Source of the DNA: Bigelowiella natans CCMP2755
Taxonomy: Eukaryota > Protista > Cercozoa
Length of the DNA stretch: 51,653 bases
Reading direction: 5' to 3'
NCBI GenBank assembly: GCA_000320545.1
Contig: ADNK01002687.1
Span: 1 to 51,653, forward strand
Shown here: one piece after another, positions 23,956-38,100 of the stretch
Numbering within the stretch: position 1 is the first letter of the stretch
Layout of the letters: every line of letters begins with the position of its first letter
The notes under the pieces: generated by a model
What the model saw: only the letters and a program-made list of their open reading frames with translations
Told to the model about the DNA's origin: nothing
Databases searched by the model: none
Position numbers and translations under genes: made by a program

Positions 23956-24507
23956 ATGTCAGATTCGTATGCAAAGCTACTAAAAACCCGACCGATTCTC
24001 ACGAAGGCACTGACTGCTGGAACACTAAGCGGTTTAGGGGATATCATTGCCGGTTTGCTGATAACGGGAAGTGTTCGCCTCCCCCCTGTCCTCCAACAGG
24101 CATTAATAGGCGTCGTATTGAAAGGGCCATACTTCCACTACGTATTTCAGCTAGTTGGAAAGCTCTTCGCAGGCTACGATCATGCGCGTCTTTCAACTGT
24201 GTTGAAGAAGATGTTGGTGACTCAGGGGGTATTTTCCCCACTTTTCCTCTTTCTCTACCTCACGAGCCTCAGGATGCTTCAGGGGAAAGAACTGGGCGCT
24301 GCCTTAGCTTACACAAGGAAGATTTTCCCTGCAGTCCTTACTGCAAACCTGAAATTTTGGCCAGTGGTTGATCTTTTGAGTTTCTCGTTTGTGCCAAACG
24401 AGTACCGAGTCCTTTTTGCGAACCTCGCAGGACTTATATGGACTGTGTATCTAGTGTGGAAAACACGACAGCTCAGTTTAAGAAATAGCAAAAAAAAACA
24501 TGATTAA
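23956..24507 (+). CDS. Mpv17/PMP22 family membrane protein, intronless
   Basis: Y..LL..RPILTKALTAG.L...GDII; VLKKML..Q.VFSP; NLKFWP.V....FSFVP..YRVLFAN...LIWTVYL. Confidence 0.93.
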   Translation: MSDSYAKLLKTRPILTKALTAGTLSGLGDIIAGLLITGSVRLPPVLQQALIGVVLKGPYFHYVFQLVGKLFAGYDHARLSTVLKKMLVTQGVFSPLFLFLYLTSLRMLQGKELGAALAYTRKIFPAVLTANLKFWPVVDLLSFSFVPNEYRVLFANLAGLIWTVYLVWKTRQLSLRNSKKKHD

Positions 24508-24779
24508 TACACAATGGATCAATATCAAGATAATATTAATAGAATGGGTAACGAGTTTCTCATCATCATGAGCAACACAATCGACGATAATGCTACGCAC
24601 CACTGCAAAAGATACTCAGCACTGTTATTCTCCCGTGTCCTGAATGACTGAGCCCCTGCTTCAACAATCATGAGTCATCTGTAGTAGTTTGTAAAGTGAA
24701 ATAGTATGAAATTTGGATATCTGCCTGTCAATGAGCTTTATTAGAGTTTCTAAAGAGTGCAATTTTATGCTCACTCCAC

Positions 24780-25620
24780 TGAGATCAAGAACATTCCAAA
24801 ATTCTCCAAGCTCATCATGCCGTCTTAGTTATCAACAGTTAAACACATGTGCAGTGTGCCAGAAGACAGGACATGCCTCAATGCAGCAAGCACTAATGCA
24901 AAACTACCTAGTGCGTGAGCACGTGGCACCGTGCGTCATGATGACATGCACTGCCGCACTACACACATCATGCCTTCCATGACTAGATGACGAAACGTGC
25001 ATTTTTCAGTTTGAAAATTGGATTGGGGACAGCAATGACGATGATCTGATTCATTTAAAACCCCCACTGCTAGACTGGCCATGCATGCTTTTCAATGTGG
25101 CACAATGCAAATGATTGTGCACAAGTGCACGTGACCAGCATTCCCGCCAGCACACTGGCTAGCTGGAGCACACACACACACACACAGCACGCTGGCACAC
25201 TTCTGCAATGTTTGGCGCCAACATGCATCTGGACGCGTGCAATGCAGTCGGTCACCACACTTCTCTAGTTCTTGTCACGTTCTCAAAGCTGGACAGTTTG
25301 GCTTGTGTGGTCCAGCATTGTGCGCGTGTGTGTGTCGTGCTAGCGAGCGCAAGCTGCGCCTTTTAGATCGATGATGCATCGAAGGCGCACCCCAGCTATG
25401 AGTGAAACCAGTCTATTGATGCGCAAGAAGGTGCGCAAGAACCACAACATGGGAGACATGCACAATTCGCACGCATCAACGCCGTAGCTGCGCTTGCAAG
25501 CAATGTTTCCAAAAACCGCTTAGACATCGTGTCGCAGAAATGGAAAAGACTGCTGAAACCCGCTGCGACAAAGTGGGTTTGACCGTTGAAACTAGGAAAT
25601 GAGAGCATGATGCGTTGTCT
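24780..25620. other. TpA-depleted intergenic tract
   Basis: TG/CA-saturated, with TA mainly in ctag/cta/tag. Confidence 0.8.
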
Positions 25621-25681
25621 CGACAGAGAATTCCCCTTCTAAACTGCCTTCACCACTCGTCTAGAACAAACCTGTGCAACA

Positions 25682-26928
25682 ATGGAATCCGTTGGAAAAA
25701 ATGGACCATCAGATCCCACAAGCGAAACGAAAACAATAGGTTTCATACGTGCATGCAATGCGGTCAAACCAATAGATTAAAAAACAATGTTACAGTGTTA
25801 TCACCGTTGAAGTTGGCATTGCAACTGAGAGAACTGACAAGGAACCCCTCAAGCCATGAATTCCTCATAAGAAAATACGACATCTTGAAAGGTGAAGTAC
25901 CGATGGCATGGCTAATTAAATTCAGTATTATTTGCAAGATGCCTTCCTTTGCGTGGATAAATACCTAGTGCCCAGTGCCCAGTGTCTTTCATCGATGTCT
26001 TAGAAACAATGCACATTGCACATAATAAAATGAAATGCATTCACGTCACCTTTGTGGTTTGATACGATCACATTGAGAGTCTTGTACCAATTTTTGACTA
26101 GGGTTGGCGAAGCTCATCTATGTAGATGATGATCGTGTACAAATTGCTAGTCTGCAGGCTCTAGAGCTTCTCGCCAGGAACCCAATCAACAGGAAATCTA
26201 TTAGGAAAGAAGAAGATCTTATGAAGACAATCGAGACTTGTGCAGTAGCAAATGGGTCAGAGAATAACAATTCAATACAACTAGATAAGAAAATTGTATC
26301 ATTGGGTAACAAAAATCCTTCAGAAGTAATAGACACGTTAAAGAGTAACATAGTAACATTACTCGCAAAAAAGACCTGGAAATCTAAAAAGGTTCGCGAT
26401 AAACTAACAATTTCGAACAGAACAATCAAAATATATGAATATATAATCCTGCTCTGTTTATATTAGAAAAAGTCATCAACCAAAATTCGAACCAAAGTTG
26501 ATGTAGAGTTTTCTTATCTGGAGTCTGAGGAGGATGCTGAGGAGATTCGATCAGAAGTCCTTAAAATATCGGGTGTCATTTCTGTTACTTGCGACTTGGA
26601 AAAGCAAGTCATAACTTGTTATTGCAGAAAGGGGAGGGATGAGATGATGGGAAAGCTTAAAAAAGCAATGAATGCGGTTATAAACGCGCGAAGGAGTAGA
26701 GCTTCATCATCCATTTCAACAAATAGTGATGCTTACAATTATGTTCCTGAAATGAGGGAGGGTAAAAATAATGCTGCCCACCAACGCACTAGTAGTACTA
26801 TAGGCGTCTATGAATCGCCGGAAACAACCTTCGACAAAGAAAAACATCAAGAAAAGAGAAAACGTGCTATGGAACGACGACGACAAGCAAAATCTGGCTA
26901 CCTTGGAATGCTAAGCTACTTTTTTTGA
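25682..26928 (+). CDS. ARMC1: ARMC1-like protein (single ARM repeat plus HMA-like domain)
   Basis: Spliced LKLALQLRELTRNP...ILKGLAKLIYVDDDRVQIASLQALELLARNPINR; EEIRSEVLKISGVISVTCD; C-terminal GYLGMLSYFF, matching ARMC1 architecture. Confidence 0.8.
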
Positions 26929-27575
26929 GCACAGCCATATCTAGTCATAAATCATGTACAGTCCCTCACAGTACTCTAGTACAGCACGCTTTCTCGTTGG
27001 CTAACACGTGCGGCGCTCCCATCCTGTCTAGTGCATGTATTCTAGGCATATAGGTGTACATAGCACGCATCCAATGTGGAATGTGTACTTCCTGAAATGC
27101 GATAGAACCTGAGATTGCCACAAATGACTTCCTGTCGCTGTCATCGCATCACACATCCAAGCAAATTGAAGTACTAGACCGCGGCCTCTTTCCCGGTGCT
27201 CTCATTGTCAAACTAAATAAATGTTTCGCACTCCTAGACTTTGCACAAAAGCTAGAAAGCGCGATCGAAGGGTGATGATGACGCTAGCTAGCTAGAACGC
27301 ACTAGATCAGTGATAGAATGCTAGAATGTGAGCCACAACCTAGCAATGCTAGAATGCTTGCTAATGTTCTAATGTTGCTGGCTAGCTGGAATTTCAATGT
27401 GCTAGTGTGGCTAGAAGGAAGTAATTTTTTGAAAGATTCACCATGTTGTACTAGCCTAACATCTGGACATGCTAGCATGCTAGCATGTCTGTACAATAGT
27501 CGCTACAAAATGAAACGCGGCACATATGTTTAAAGTATGCATGTTCATTTTGCAACTTAGACCAAAAGATTCGTA

Positions 27576-28247
27576 TCACACAGTAATGAGATTGTAGATT
27601 GCTTGTCCAATGCCCCAACCAACCCCAGCAACAAGCATTGCTATTAAAATTAGACCACCGCACACTGAGGTAGTGGGAGAGCGGGAACTCGCATCTTCAT
27701 CATTTTGATGTAATTCGTCCAATGGTACTGATGAAACTACTTTATTTTGATTACAGTCCACATACTTCATCCGTGAATTGTACTGATCCTTGTTTTCACT
27801 AACTATATCAACGGTAGCTAGCTCAGAATTTGTAACATACCTGTGCTTAGAGTCTATACACAAAGTATCATTAATGTTGAGAGCAATGCCCCTCTTATCA
27901 TCGCAAATATTATTGCTTTTGTCTTCACATCTGACAGCAAGTGAAGCCATCTCTGCTTTAGTTGCGCAATGATCTCTTGTTCCATTCTCCCCCGCAACAG
28001 CAACACCTTCTCGCCCGTCGTCATCCTTGTCGACATCTGACGGCGATGGTGATAGCTGTGTGGGGAGGAGGAGCACTAATGGAATGACGAGGAGGCGAAG
28101 ACAGGAACAAATGACCACCAACTTCCATAGGTTGTCGTAGTTGCTCAGCGTGATGCTAAGTCCCTCGATAAGCGTTGCAGAGAGGCTTCCGCTTATCGTT
28201 CCTCCGGCTATTTGAACACTTGTCACGGCGGCGTACACCTGTTGGAT

Positions 28248-28306
<59 letters not shown>

Positions 28307-28562
28307 TAGGGGGGGGGGGAGGGGCACAGTGGCAAAGTATGTGAGCATTCTATACTAATATGTATACCGAGCCTTTGACTCCTTCTGGACATAAGGAAGC
28401 AACGAGGATAAGGATCGGCATGCCTATGAGCGTACGGGCCATATCTATCACAACCAAGTCGCCAAGAGCGAAGACAAAGTCTGGAATGCCTGGATATGGA
28501 TTTTATTCACAAACAGCATTTGGTCATCATCTATTCCCACAGTGTGAGTCAACACATTATTT

Positions 28563-28604
<42 letters not shown>

Positions 28605-29282
28605 CTACTACCACTACCCACAACCAACAACTACAAGCACTACATCTACTACTGCTAGTAGTACCCCATTCCCTATTCAGCCCGAAGACGAGGATGAGCT
28701 GGGAGAGAGAGATCACACAGGAGATGAAAATCACAGAGGAAAAGAACACCCTCCAATCAACCGTCTTAAAACAACTGTTGTAGAGGTACATCCCGACGAT
28801 TCCTGAAGCACACAGGTGCAACAATCACAGGGCGCCATACAAAATTAGCATTAGAGCCTTTCACAACGAGACCAACCCAGACGAGTGCAGTTTAGTATAT
28901 AACGCGATGATTAGTGCACCCCCTCCCTACCTGCAGCGCCGCCAACGAGCATTGTAAGAGCCAACTGCGTTGGAGTGAATCTTAGCTTAACGATGTAAAA
29001 CGTTTGCATGGCTGTGCTGGCATCAGGAAGCATGCTGAATGCGAAGATAAAGAAACTCGGCATGAAGATGCGCTTCTGAATCAAGGCCCCCCATAGACGG
29101 TATGCCTTGTTGCCACTGGTAGGAGGATCGGCATGGCCTACTACGGATAATAATAATAATAATAATGAAATTAACAATTATAATGCTGCAGATATGCCGT
29201 ACAGTGATGTAATATTACGAATGTGCTATAGCTGTGTAGATGCTTATATTGTTGCGCAATTATTCAATTTAATATACAATAT

Positions 29283-29325
<43 letters not shown>

Positions 29326-30304
29326 TCGCATAAATATATACATCAAACGGAGTGTAGTAATACCGGATTCATTGTTGTCCCCATCACCACCATCATCATC
29401 ATCCTCATCGACGCTCTGACGACGATCCAATTCTCCTCCTCCATCATCATCACCAACGTTGACCTTGGTGTATTTATCTTTCTCTCCTTTTGTTCTTTTC
29501 TGTCGGGGACGACTCGCACAGGAGGCAGCAGCAGCAGCAGCAGTCAGTGGGGATGGTGATGAAGAAGAAGATGATACAGCTGTAATGGGTGTTAGAGCCA
29601 TGTTGTCACCACTCTTGATTTCCTTCCCCTTGCTTTGGTCTTCTTTTTGGAGGATGAACCTCTGCATCATTATTGAGTCGTTCAGCTCTCCAAGGCCCGA
29701 GTAACTGCCTCCATCGATTTCATCGGTATTTGTATCATCATCATCATGATCATCACCACAATTATCGATGGTATCTGATGACTGACTGTCCTCCTTCAGC
29801 ATGCAGACAACAGGTATGGCTGGTAGCTTCAAAAGAGCGTTTATGAACAAAATACTTCGAATCTGTACAGCACATACAACAACAACAAAAACAACAACAA
29901 CAACACCACCAACAACAACAACACCACCACCAACAACAATATCAACACCAACATGGACATGCGAGAGCAGGGACAAGTCAAATTGCCATCGTTTGGCTGT
30001 CATTCAAAATGGGTGTATTTTCACCAAATTTTCCTTGTTGTACACTCAATTAACAAGTAAGTAGCAAGCTGTAGTAGCTAACCGAAAGCCATTCTTGCGA
30101 TGCAAAGCCACCGAGTAAAGTTCCAGTAACTCCTCCAAACGTCATCAGCATGAGACTGTGCGTTTGTAATGTGCCCTTAGCCTTGCTAGATTCATGCCGC
30201 ATAGCCTCCACAACAAGCGTTTCTAGCATAACGGCGCTTGCCATTTCTGTTCTCCATGTGGTGTATGTACGTAGATGCGGAGAAAGAGGGGAGAAGCGAG
30301 AAAA

Positions 30305-30364
<60 letters not shown>

Positions 30365-31237
30365 AAGAGAAGGAGAAGCGGTTGTTAGATTGTTTTTAGA
30401 ACACATTTCACGACCTGCATTAAGGCTATTTATCTACACTACTGCCATTTCATTTTAAGCGGTATGAAGAGCGAAAACCATCAACGTTATCGATTTTTAT
30501 TTACAGATATATTAGGATGTATTGCACGCATTACCTCCCAAATTTGCGGCGAAGAGCATCATCGCCGCAATAACGATCCTAGGCTGGTGCTCCTGAGTTG
30601 ACATAACTGCAAGAACAGCAAAGGCAAACATGTAAGCTACGATGCCGATCTGCATGTAGCTGAGGCGGTGATATCCACAGATGGGCACTGAATCTGAGAG
30701 AAACGCCGTTGGCATCTTGAGGTTCCAGGCTACGCCGCTCAGTACTGCGATTGTAGCTTGAATGTGCGGTGAAGCGCGAAGGGTCTTGACGAGAAAGAAC
30801 GCCAGTGCTGGGCCGGCAAATGCATTGCTGAATCCAAATAACAGGAACAGCGCACGGATGCCTAGAACCTGCAACTTGTTTCCCCTATGATGAACAACTC
30901 CTCCACGCTCTGGTGGCCTTTCTCCCCTTCCTCCTCCTCCTCCTCCTCCTTCTCCTCCTCCTTCTCCTCCTCCATCGAACCCGAAGTTTTCCTCCGCTGC
31001 TGTGTTGTTGCCTTTTTCCTCGCCGTCCCTTCTTCTTAGACTGGATGTTCGACTGCTTGAACAACTGTATAATAAGCTGTTCGAAGCGATAAACGCCCTA
31101 CCCCTTCTACTAGACTCCAAGTTCGTGTTAACGGAGCCTCCAAGTCCGTATTTTTCGGCGTCTTCGTCGTCGTCGTCATTGTCGCCAGCTGATCGCAACG
31201 CATGCATGAAAGGCCTCCTTCTAGTGCTCTTTCTCAT
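27576..31237 (-). CDS. BT1 family folate/biopterin transporter (MFS), multi-exon
   Basis: AWNLKMPTAFLSDSVPICGYHRLSY; ETLVVE...KGTLQT; PSFFIFAFSMLPD...FYIVKLRFT; WRVFF...LILVFGLNREW; YAAVTSV...YDNLWKLVVICS. Confidence 0.9.
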
Positions 31238-31673
31238 TCATACCAATAATTTCCGAGTGATTTCGATCGCTTCCAAGCAACTTCCACCCAATGGCAGTAG
31301 GGGAAGGGGAGACGGAGTGCCTCCCAGTTTGCAAGGGAGGAGAGAAGAGGCGGGCGGCCCAGTGCCAAATCCGTTCGGAAGGATTCAAAATCTACACTGT
31401 AAGTCACTAAAAAGACTATGTCGCATTTGGGAAATTGCCTGACCTATCCTTATTTTCATTATCGTCGCCAAATGTCATTGACGTATCCTCAAAACATTCT
31501 CTCTTTATTGAATCGTATCATCAAATGTTCTAAAGGCATGCGATTTTCCCGTTGAAACAAGTACGTAAAGATGTCGCATATCCGAATAGGAGAAGGAAGC
31601 TCGGAAGAAGAAGGAACCATCTGGATTCCGCCTCTTCCTTCCTTCCCCCCTCCAAGGATCTGGCATAATCCAA

Positions 31674-33680
31674 ATGACAACGACTGATTCGGACTATCCT
31701 TCAAAGCTACCGACGTTTTTTCTTTCGTAAGTTTGCTAGTGATGAGGGTTCGCATTTTCTGATCACTTTGCCATCAGACACGGGGGCGGCCCGCTTCCAT
31801 TGCTAGGAAAGGATCCTCCGCTTGCAAAGCACCTTTCAGGGCTTGGAAAACTACTTCAGAAACGCGGGTGATGGTCACTGATATACGTTTTTCTCTCATT
31901 CCTTATATTCATACGTATAGACTCGAAGTTTGCGTCTGATCTAGTTATCACTGTTGTAACACATGAACAACTTTATGATCGTTCAGAGGTTATACCTCCA
32001 TTCTGGTAGTATCTGCTCACTGGGAGGAGAAAGTTCCAACCTTGCAAATCACACCAGACCCTTCTCTGTACTTCGACTACTACGGTAGGGCAGGAATAGA
32101 TATTTGATGGCCCCAACATGATCTTGAGAGCCTCTAGTCGATTCATAGCCATGCACATTATCCGTATGTTGGGAGGATGCACCATTATCAGGCTTTCCCA
32201 AGGAAACATATGAGTATAAATACACACCATTATCAGGCTTTCCCAAGGAAACCTACGAGTATAAATACAAATCATTATCAGGCTTTCCCAAGGAAACATA
32301 CGAGTATAAATATCCCTGTAAACCCGCGACCAAGGCTGCCAAGAGGGTAGTCACGAATCACGCACACACACACGCATATAAAGACACACACCCTGTGTGT
32401 GAAGCAAACCGTTGTACAATATACACGTGCATCCGTTCTAATTAATGTTCTCAGCGTATTTATTGATGAGAATACTTATAATGATGATAGACATCATTAA
32501 CCAAACTTGCATGTATAAAAATATATATTGTGAAACTTTTCATGGATCAAATATTAGTGGTAAATATTTGTCTATCAAGCCTTGGGCTGATTTTCTTTGA
32601 TACTCAATCATTCACGCCAGCTTGCTGCCTCTCTCCAACGTTTTGAGTTGATTTTCACCTTGCTAATATTTCAGGCTCATAAGTTATTGAACGATGCCGG
32701 AATCGAGACAGCAGACAACAAAAAGAGAGGGTTGTATTTGAACGTGTTAGTAGAGGCAGCCAGTTTGCAAAAATGTTACACACAAAGAGAAATAGAAAAT
32801 GGGGAGGTAAGGATGGGTGTGGGAAATATGAAGTATTACAGAAAGTGTCCGATTGCCGCTCTGAGCATATAGATAAAATGGTATAAAATCTTTGTCAGCT
32901 ACGACCACGGAATGTTCGTTCCTTTGATGCTAATGTTCCCTCATACTATCGACGTCCCCGTAAGGTTGCAGTGTAAGTGAATTGCGTAGATTAACTATAT
33001 CTCGACTAATAGTCACAAGCGCCAGGCAAATAGCAAGATCCTACATCCATTCCATTCTTCTTCATTTTCCAGTCAAATATCGCTTGTGAATACTTTGAAT
33101 GCGAAAGAACATTGGAAGATTGGCGAAGCTCTCGCACCACTTCGAGAAGAAGGTATGTCAAATATATACATAATATATACCACCCCCCTGCGTATGAGAG
33201 AATAGAGCATTGGCCAACGCGCTCTCCCTTCCTTCTCTTAGTCTATCGACTAAAGACAACGGAATATTTGCGTGTATAATAGTACACATACGTGCAGGTG
33301 TTCTTCTCATTGGATCAGGCATGAGTTATCACGGATTTTTCCAAAAACTTCCTAGAGGTTACATTCTTCCCCTTTACGAAGTACACAAGGTTGGTTAGCT
33401 ATATTTTTGATAATGAGCATGTGGTTGTGGTAATATTCGTCTAGGTGTCAGCATGGCAACTGCATCGAAAAGCTTTGATAACTATCTCTCTGGGGCACTT
33501 CTAGAGCTTACTGGGGTATGATTACATTGATTCTCGTAGCTAACAACAAAACAGCAACCATAGGATAGCTATTCAAAGATTACAACAGATATAAACCACT
33601 TAACAATAAAACTGCAGAGTCATTCGTGATTTATTGCATTTTTTGCCTGATAGCTATTTACGGACCAGCCTCTAATCCCC

Positions 33681-33731
<51 letters not shown>

Positions 33732-34181
33732 TATGTGTGAGAGCACCTCCAGAAACCTTTGTTGTAAGACAAAGTCTAAGTGGATGTTAGTAACGAATCA
33801 AATTGTACCAAAAATAGGCTAAGCGTGAAGAAGCTTTATGCGACTGGGAAAAGGGCCAATATGCACGCGTATCACATCCTAGAGAAGAGCATCTTATTCC
33901 TCTCATGGTTGTTGCAGGGGCTGCAAAGGACGAGCAGGTCAAAAAATAAATCTTTGTTAGGAATTTGAGAGGACTTGTTAGGGAATTAATCGATGATGTA
34001 GCACCATAAGGTGCTCTGGTTACGATTGATTGCTAAAGAGCATCAAAATAGAGATATCGGTGCTAAGAGCAAGCTAGATGATAATCTTCCTAAGTGACAA
34101 CTCATAATAAAGGCGACCCGTATCTTCCATACTGGAGAGAAAAGTGGGCTTGTGGTATCCGCCTATCAATTTGGTGAATGA
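31674..34181 (+). CDS. LigB/DODA-type extradiol ring-cleavage dioxygenase (4,5-DOPA dioxygenase family), about 11 exons
   Basis: Spliced PTFFLSHGGGPLPLL; ILVVSAHWE; YFDYYGFPKETYEYKY; RGYDHGMFVPL; IGEALAPLREEGVLLIGSGMSYH; SHPREEHLIPLMVVAGA; SAYQFGE*. Confidence 0.93.
32180..32312 (+). repeat. 45-bp tandem triplication spanning a 3' splice site
   Basis: cattatcag|gctttcccaaggaaac.ta.gagtataaata x3, with acceptor AGs at 32190, 32235 and 32280. Confidence 0.95.
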
Positions 34182-34199
34182 ATGACCGTTCTAGCGTTG

Positions 34200-34930
34200 T
34201 AGGAGTCTACAAAGTACGTGTAGTAGGCGTAACTGCTGGGGTGTTGTTTATTTCATCCACGTGGCACCAAAAACGAGGTCTAGACAGAGGTCGCTGATGG
34301 TTTGACGTAATACGATTATACGATGTATGATCAATGAGTTGAGATGCATCTAATTCGCATCTCTAGATCGCTGCTATAGATATAAATATATCAAGCTAGC
34401 AAGACTCAGCTGCGCTCAAACGTTGTAATTATTATGCACAGATAACAAGATAAGCTAATTATGTCTACTGGCTAGCTAGATCTAGAGATCTATCTAGTTA
34501 GCTAGAGATGCCAATGTCTAAGCAGCGTACTCGCGCAGGACAAACAACAACAATCTTGTTATGTACTAGTGTAGAGGATATGCTCTAGATCTTGGCGTTT
34601 AAATTTAATATGTATACACGAGACTAGCTAGCTAGCTAGTAGATACAGCACATCATGTGTACAACAATAATGTCTAGATACTTCTAGACTTGTGCGCCAT
34701 CTAGCTATGCTAGCATGCTGACATAGCCATGAAGTAAATGAATCAGCTCCGGTCTAGCGTTGCCGAACGCATATTAAAGCTTTAGTGTCAATGGTGAAGC
34801 CTACATGAAAGCTAGATAGATCTAGTAGGCATGTATGATGACACTAACCTAATTTGTGAGGCTTGTCTAGCTATTGTCATATAGAGTCTAGGCGTACAAA
34901 CTGCACAAGATAGCCCTCTTTAGTCCTGCT
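34200..34930. other. CTAG-saturated intergenic tract
   Basis: About 22 CTAG counted by eye in 34341-34900, versus about 2 expected by chance; other TA still present. Confidence 0.85.
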
Positions 34931-35108
34931 CGGCTACATGTTCCCGATGAGCTTTTTTATCACATACCATTATCGTATCGAATTTAAAACAGCATGGTAT
35001 ACTTGACAAAGCTATGTGAATATTAACGTCGTTCATAACAAGAGCAGCACTTGTGTTTTTATTAATCATATGCTGCATGTCCAGTCCAACAAGCACTACA
35101 GACATATG

Positions 35109-38100
35109 CTAAAATAGAATCCACTTTTTTATCAGAGGCGCCAAACGAGACCTCCCTCGAAGAGAAAGGCTACAAAACATTTGTATTTTTCCGGACGAGG
35201 GGGTACTTCGGTTGTTAGAAGGCATTTGTAAGTCTTCTTCCTCATATTTATATCATGCTTTGATTTCAATAATTTTAATTTCTTATATGCCTAGCTTCAT
35301 CGAGCACCCCTCCACTGCAGTATTGTTATTATTATGATTATATACACGTAAATTGAATATGTATGTGATACTACTACAGTATATCTAGATATATGCATTT
35401 TGCTTACGGTGTAGAGAGTAACTGCGGTATATTGTCTGCTGCTGCTGCTATTTGAGCTCATCCCCTTATTTGAGCTCATCCCCTTATTTGAGCTCATCTA
35501 TTTGAACAACGACCGTTTTAGACATGTTAAATGCAAAAAGAGAGCCAAGTCCTCCCAAGATGTTGACAGTGCACACCTATTCATTATTGTATGGGAAAGG
35601 GCGAAGGAATGACTACCGGGCAGAATACGGTATTTAGTTGTTTTAACATAATGGCACAACGAGCTCGCGTGACACACAAAAATAAGAGGTGCAAAGATGT
35701 ATATTTTGCGTCCCCTTTGGGTACTGTTGGCTTTCAAAAACGCTTGTTTTGTAATACCTCGCTGGGCACAATCATCTCTACCACGAGAATATCACCCTTC
35801 TCTACATCAAAGTTCCGAGTAGAGGTGAAAGGGCGACGAGAATCGTATGTCCGCTTCCATTTCACGCGAAATGAGCCTATTTTCATTGTCTTGGTAAGAT
35901 ATATGCAGCATGAATGAATAGAAATGATTCTCTAGCTTACCATCGACAAGGCCTGCATGTACCATCTTTCCTGTAACTGAGGCTGTCTGTAACCCTGTTG
36001 ATTTGTTTTCCCAAAAAGAGCACAACGCACGCATAAGAGCAAGATCGTCGGCATTGACACTGCACATGACCATGACACTGACCTTTTCCCCCCAACGACA
36101 GCTGGATCCTTGCTGTGTTTTTGAAGCAAAAACTAGCGAGTCTGGGTCTTTGGGATGCAATGCCATACTCAGCTTTGAACTGCGAAAACCCTTTACTCAG
36201 GTCAACAAATGGACGCACACGGCCATAGTGTGCCGCAAGATCATTATCACTGTCCATTGAAAGAGATTTGGCTTTGCCCGGCATGGTTGCGCCATTGTTT
36301 GTAGTGCGGCTGAGCAGCCCTTCCATTGACTCAACAAGGGATACGTAACCATTGATACGGTGGTCTAGGAAGATGTCTTTGAGGAGGAAGGGGAACCTAC
36401 AAATGCGAAGAGAGAGGTACTTGGTGATGGCAATGTTATTAGCAGCTATAACAACAGCTTCGACTCAATAATCAATAATGCACAATTTCATCAAACTAAC
36501 GTTCGTGTTACGTATCGTTATCATTCATACACCCTATTCCTTCTCTTTTCTCCATCAATATGCGTTGTTAGTTACAGATGACTAAATGACCATCGAAGGA
36601 CTTCCTCCTTTCCCTCGAGTTCCAAGCTTTGGCTCTTATGAATAGGTGTTGCCGTTAACATGTCGCCTGCTGCCTCGCCCCTCCCTTTCTGAAGCTTTTT
36701 AGGTACGACAGAGACCATCGACTCCTCCGGACTTTGTGTAATAATTGGTGGGGGAGGGGCGGTCATGTTATCTTCTCCCCCCTGCCCAAGAGGGGGCTTT
36801 TTGTTCTTTTTTGACTTTTTCAACGGGAACAAGGGCGGCGGCTGCTTCTTGGCATCCTTTCCTACTTCCTTCGACTCCTTTGCCATTGTTTTAGGAGGCA
36901 GTTTCTGACTTCGGATCGTGCGTGATACAAACGCCTTTGCGTCCATCTCCTCCACCTCTGTTTGGACACGGTCCGAGGCATAGTATATTCGCACTGATGG
37001 CGGTGATGATGATGATGATGAAGAACCATTCGAGTAATTTGTTTTGTTGTCCGAAGAAGAAGAGGGAGAGGGGCAGGACTTCGTATAATGAAGGAAGATC
37101 ACATCGCCGACCTGAATGAAGAGGAAGGTTGCGGTTAAGGGACCCTGCAACACCTATTCTAACACTTCTTCACATTTTGTTAACCATGCGAAATTTACGA
37201 GCAAGGGATAATCCTTCACACACCGGTTTGTAGCGGAAGAATAAGCCGTGATGGCGCTCGGCTGGCTGCAGCAACGATGAAATAAAACTAGTAGATTGAG
37301 AATTATTAGCATATAGGAAATGAACAGTGCTAAGAACCTGTGAAATAAACTAATGGATTACACCAATAAACTGAAATCATGATCTCATCACAAAGCTTGG
37401 ACAAGAAAGCTTAGATCGCACATATCAAGTGAAACTTACCCTTTGATCCCTGCAATCGTCCCAGCCTCGCCCTCTTCATGCTTCTTCCCCCCCCCACCCT
37501 TTTTCATATGCAAGTATCTGGACTTGAACATTTCGATGTATGCAGGAAGTACCTAGACGAAGAAGAAGATGTTGTCGACAAATAGTATGCACTATTCAAT
37601 ATCATCATCATATCCTCGCAATCTACGTACGAATAGCAGCCAATCCTTAGTCGCAAGTCTTGGCACGGGGTCGTCCTCAACCACGTAATGATGCGTATTC
37701 TTTTGAAGGACATCCCAACTCTCTCCTCCCTCTCCAGCTTCTGGGGGAATAATCACTTGGGGCTGTAGTAGAGCAATAGCAGTTGTAGCAGAGCAGAGAA
37801 GTATACGATGGTGATGAGAAGGGATCAATGCGAACACATGTACTTACATGCAATAAGTAACAAATCACACTACTAAAATACCGAGCCATAGGTGTTGACA
37901 AAGATTCTAAGCTTTCCTCCTTCCTCGAAGCATTTGCGAAGATCCTACAAAGAGAACGATGAGGGAGAGGAGAAGTGCAATGACAATGCTCTCTGATCTT
38001 CTCTATTCATCATCATCACCGTCGCATCAACAACCAGTCCTACCTTGAAGTCGTCAGAGTATAGAAACTCTGCAGCAGTAAGTTGTGCGTACGCTCCTCC

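Noticed and set aside
32180-32312. CRISPR-like repeat
   Set aside because: Contiguous tandem units without unique spacers, inside a eukaryotic gene, with no cas genes.
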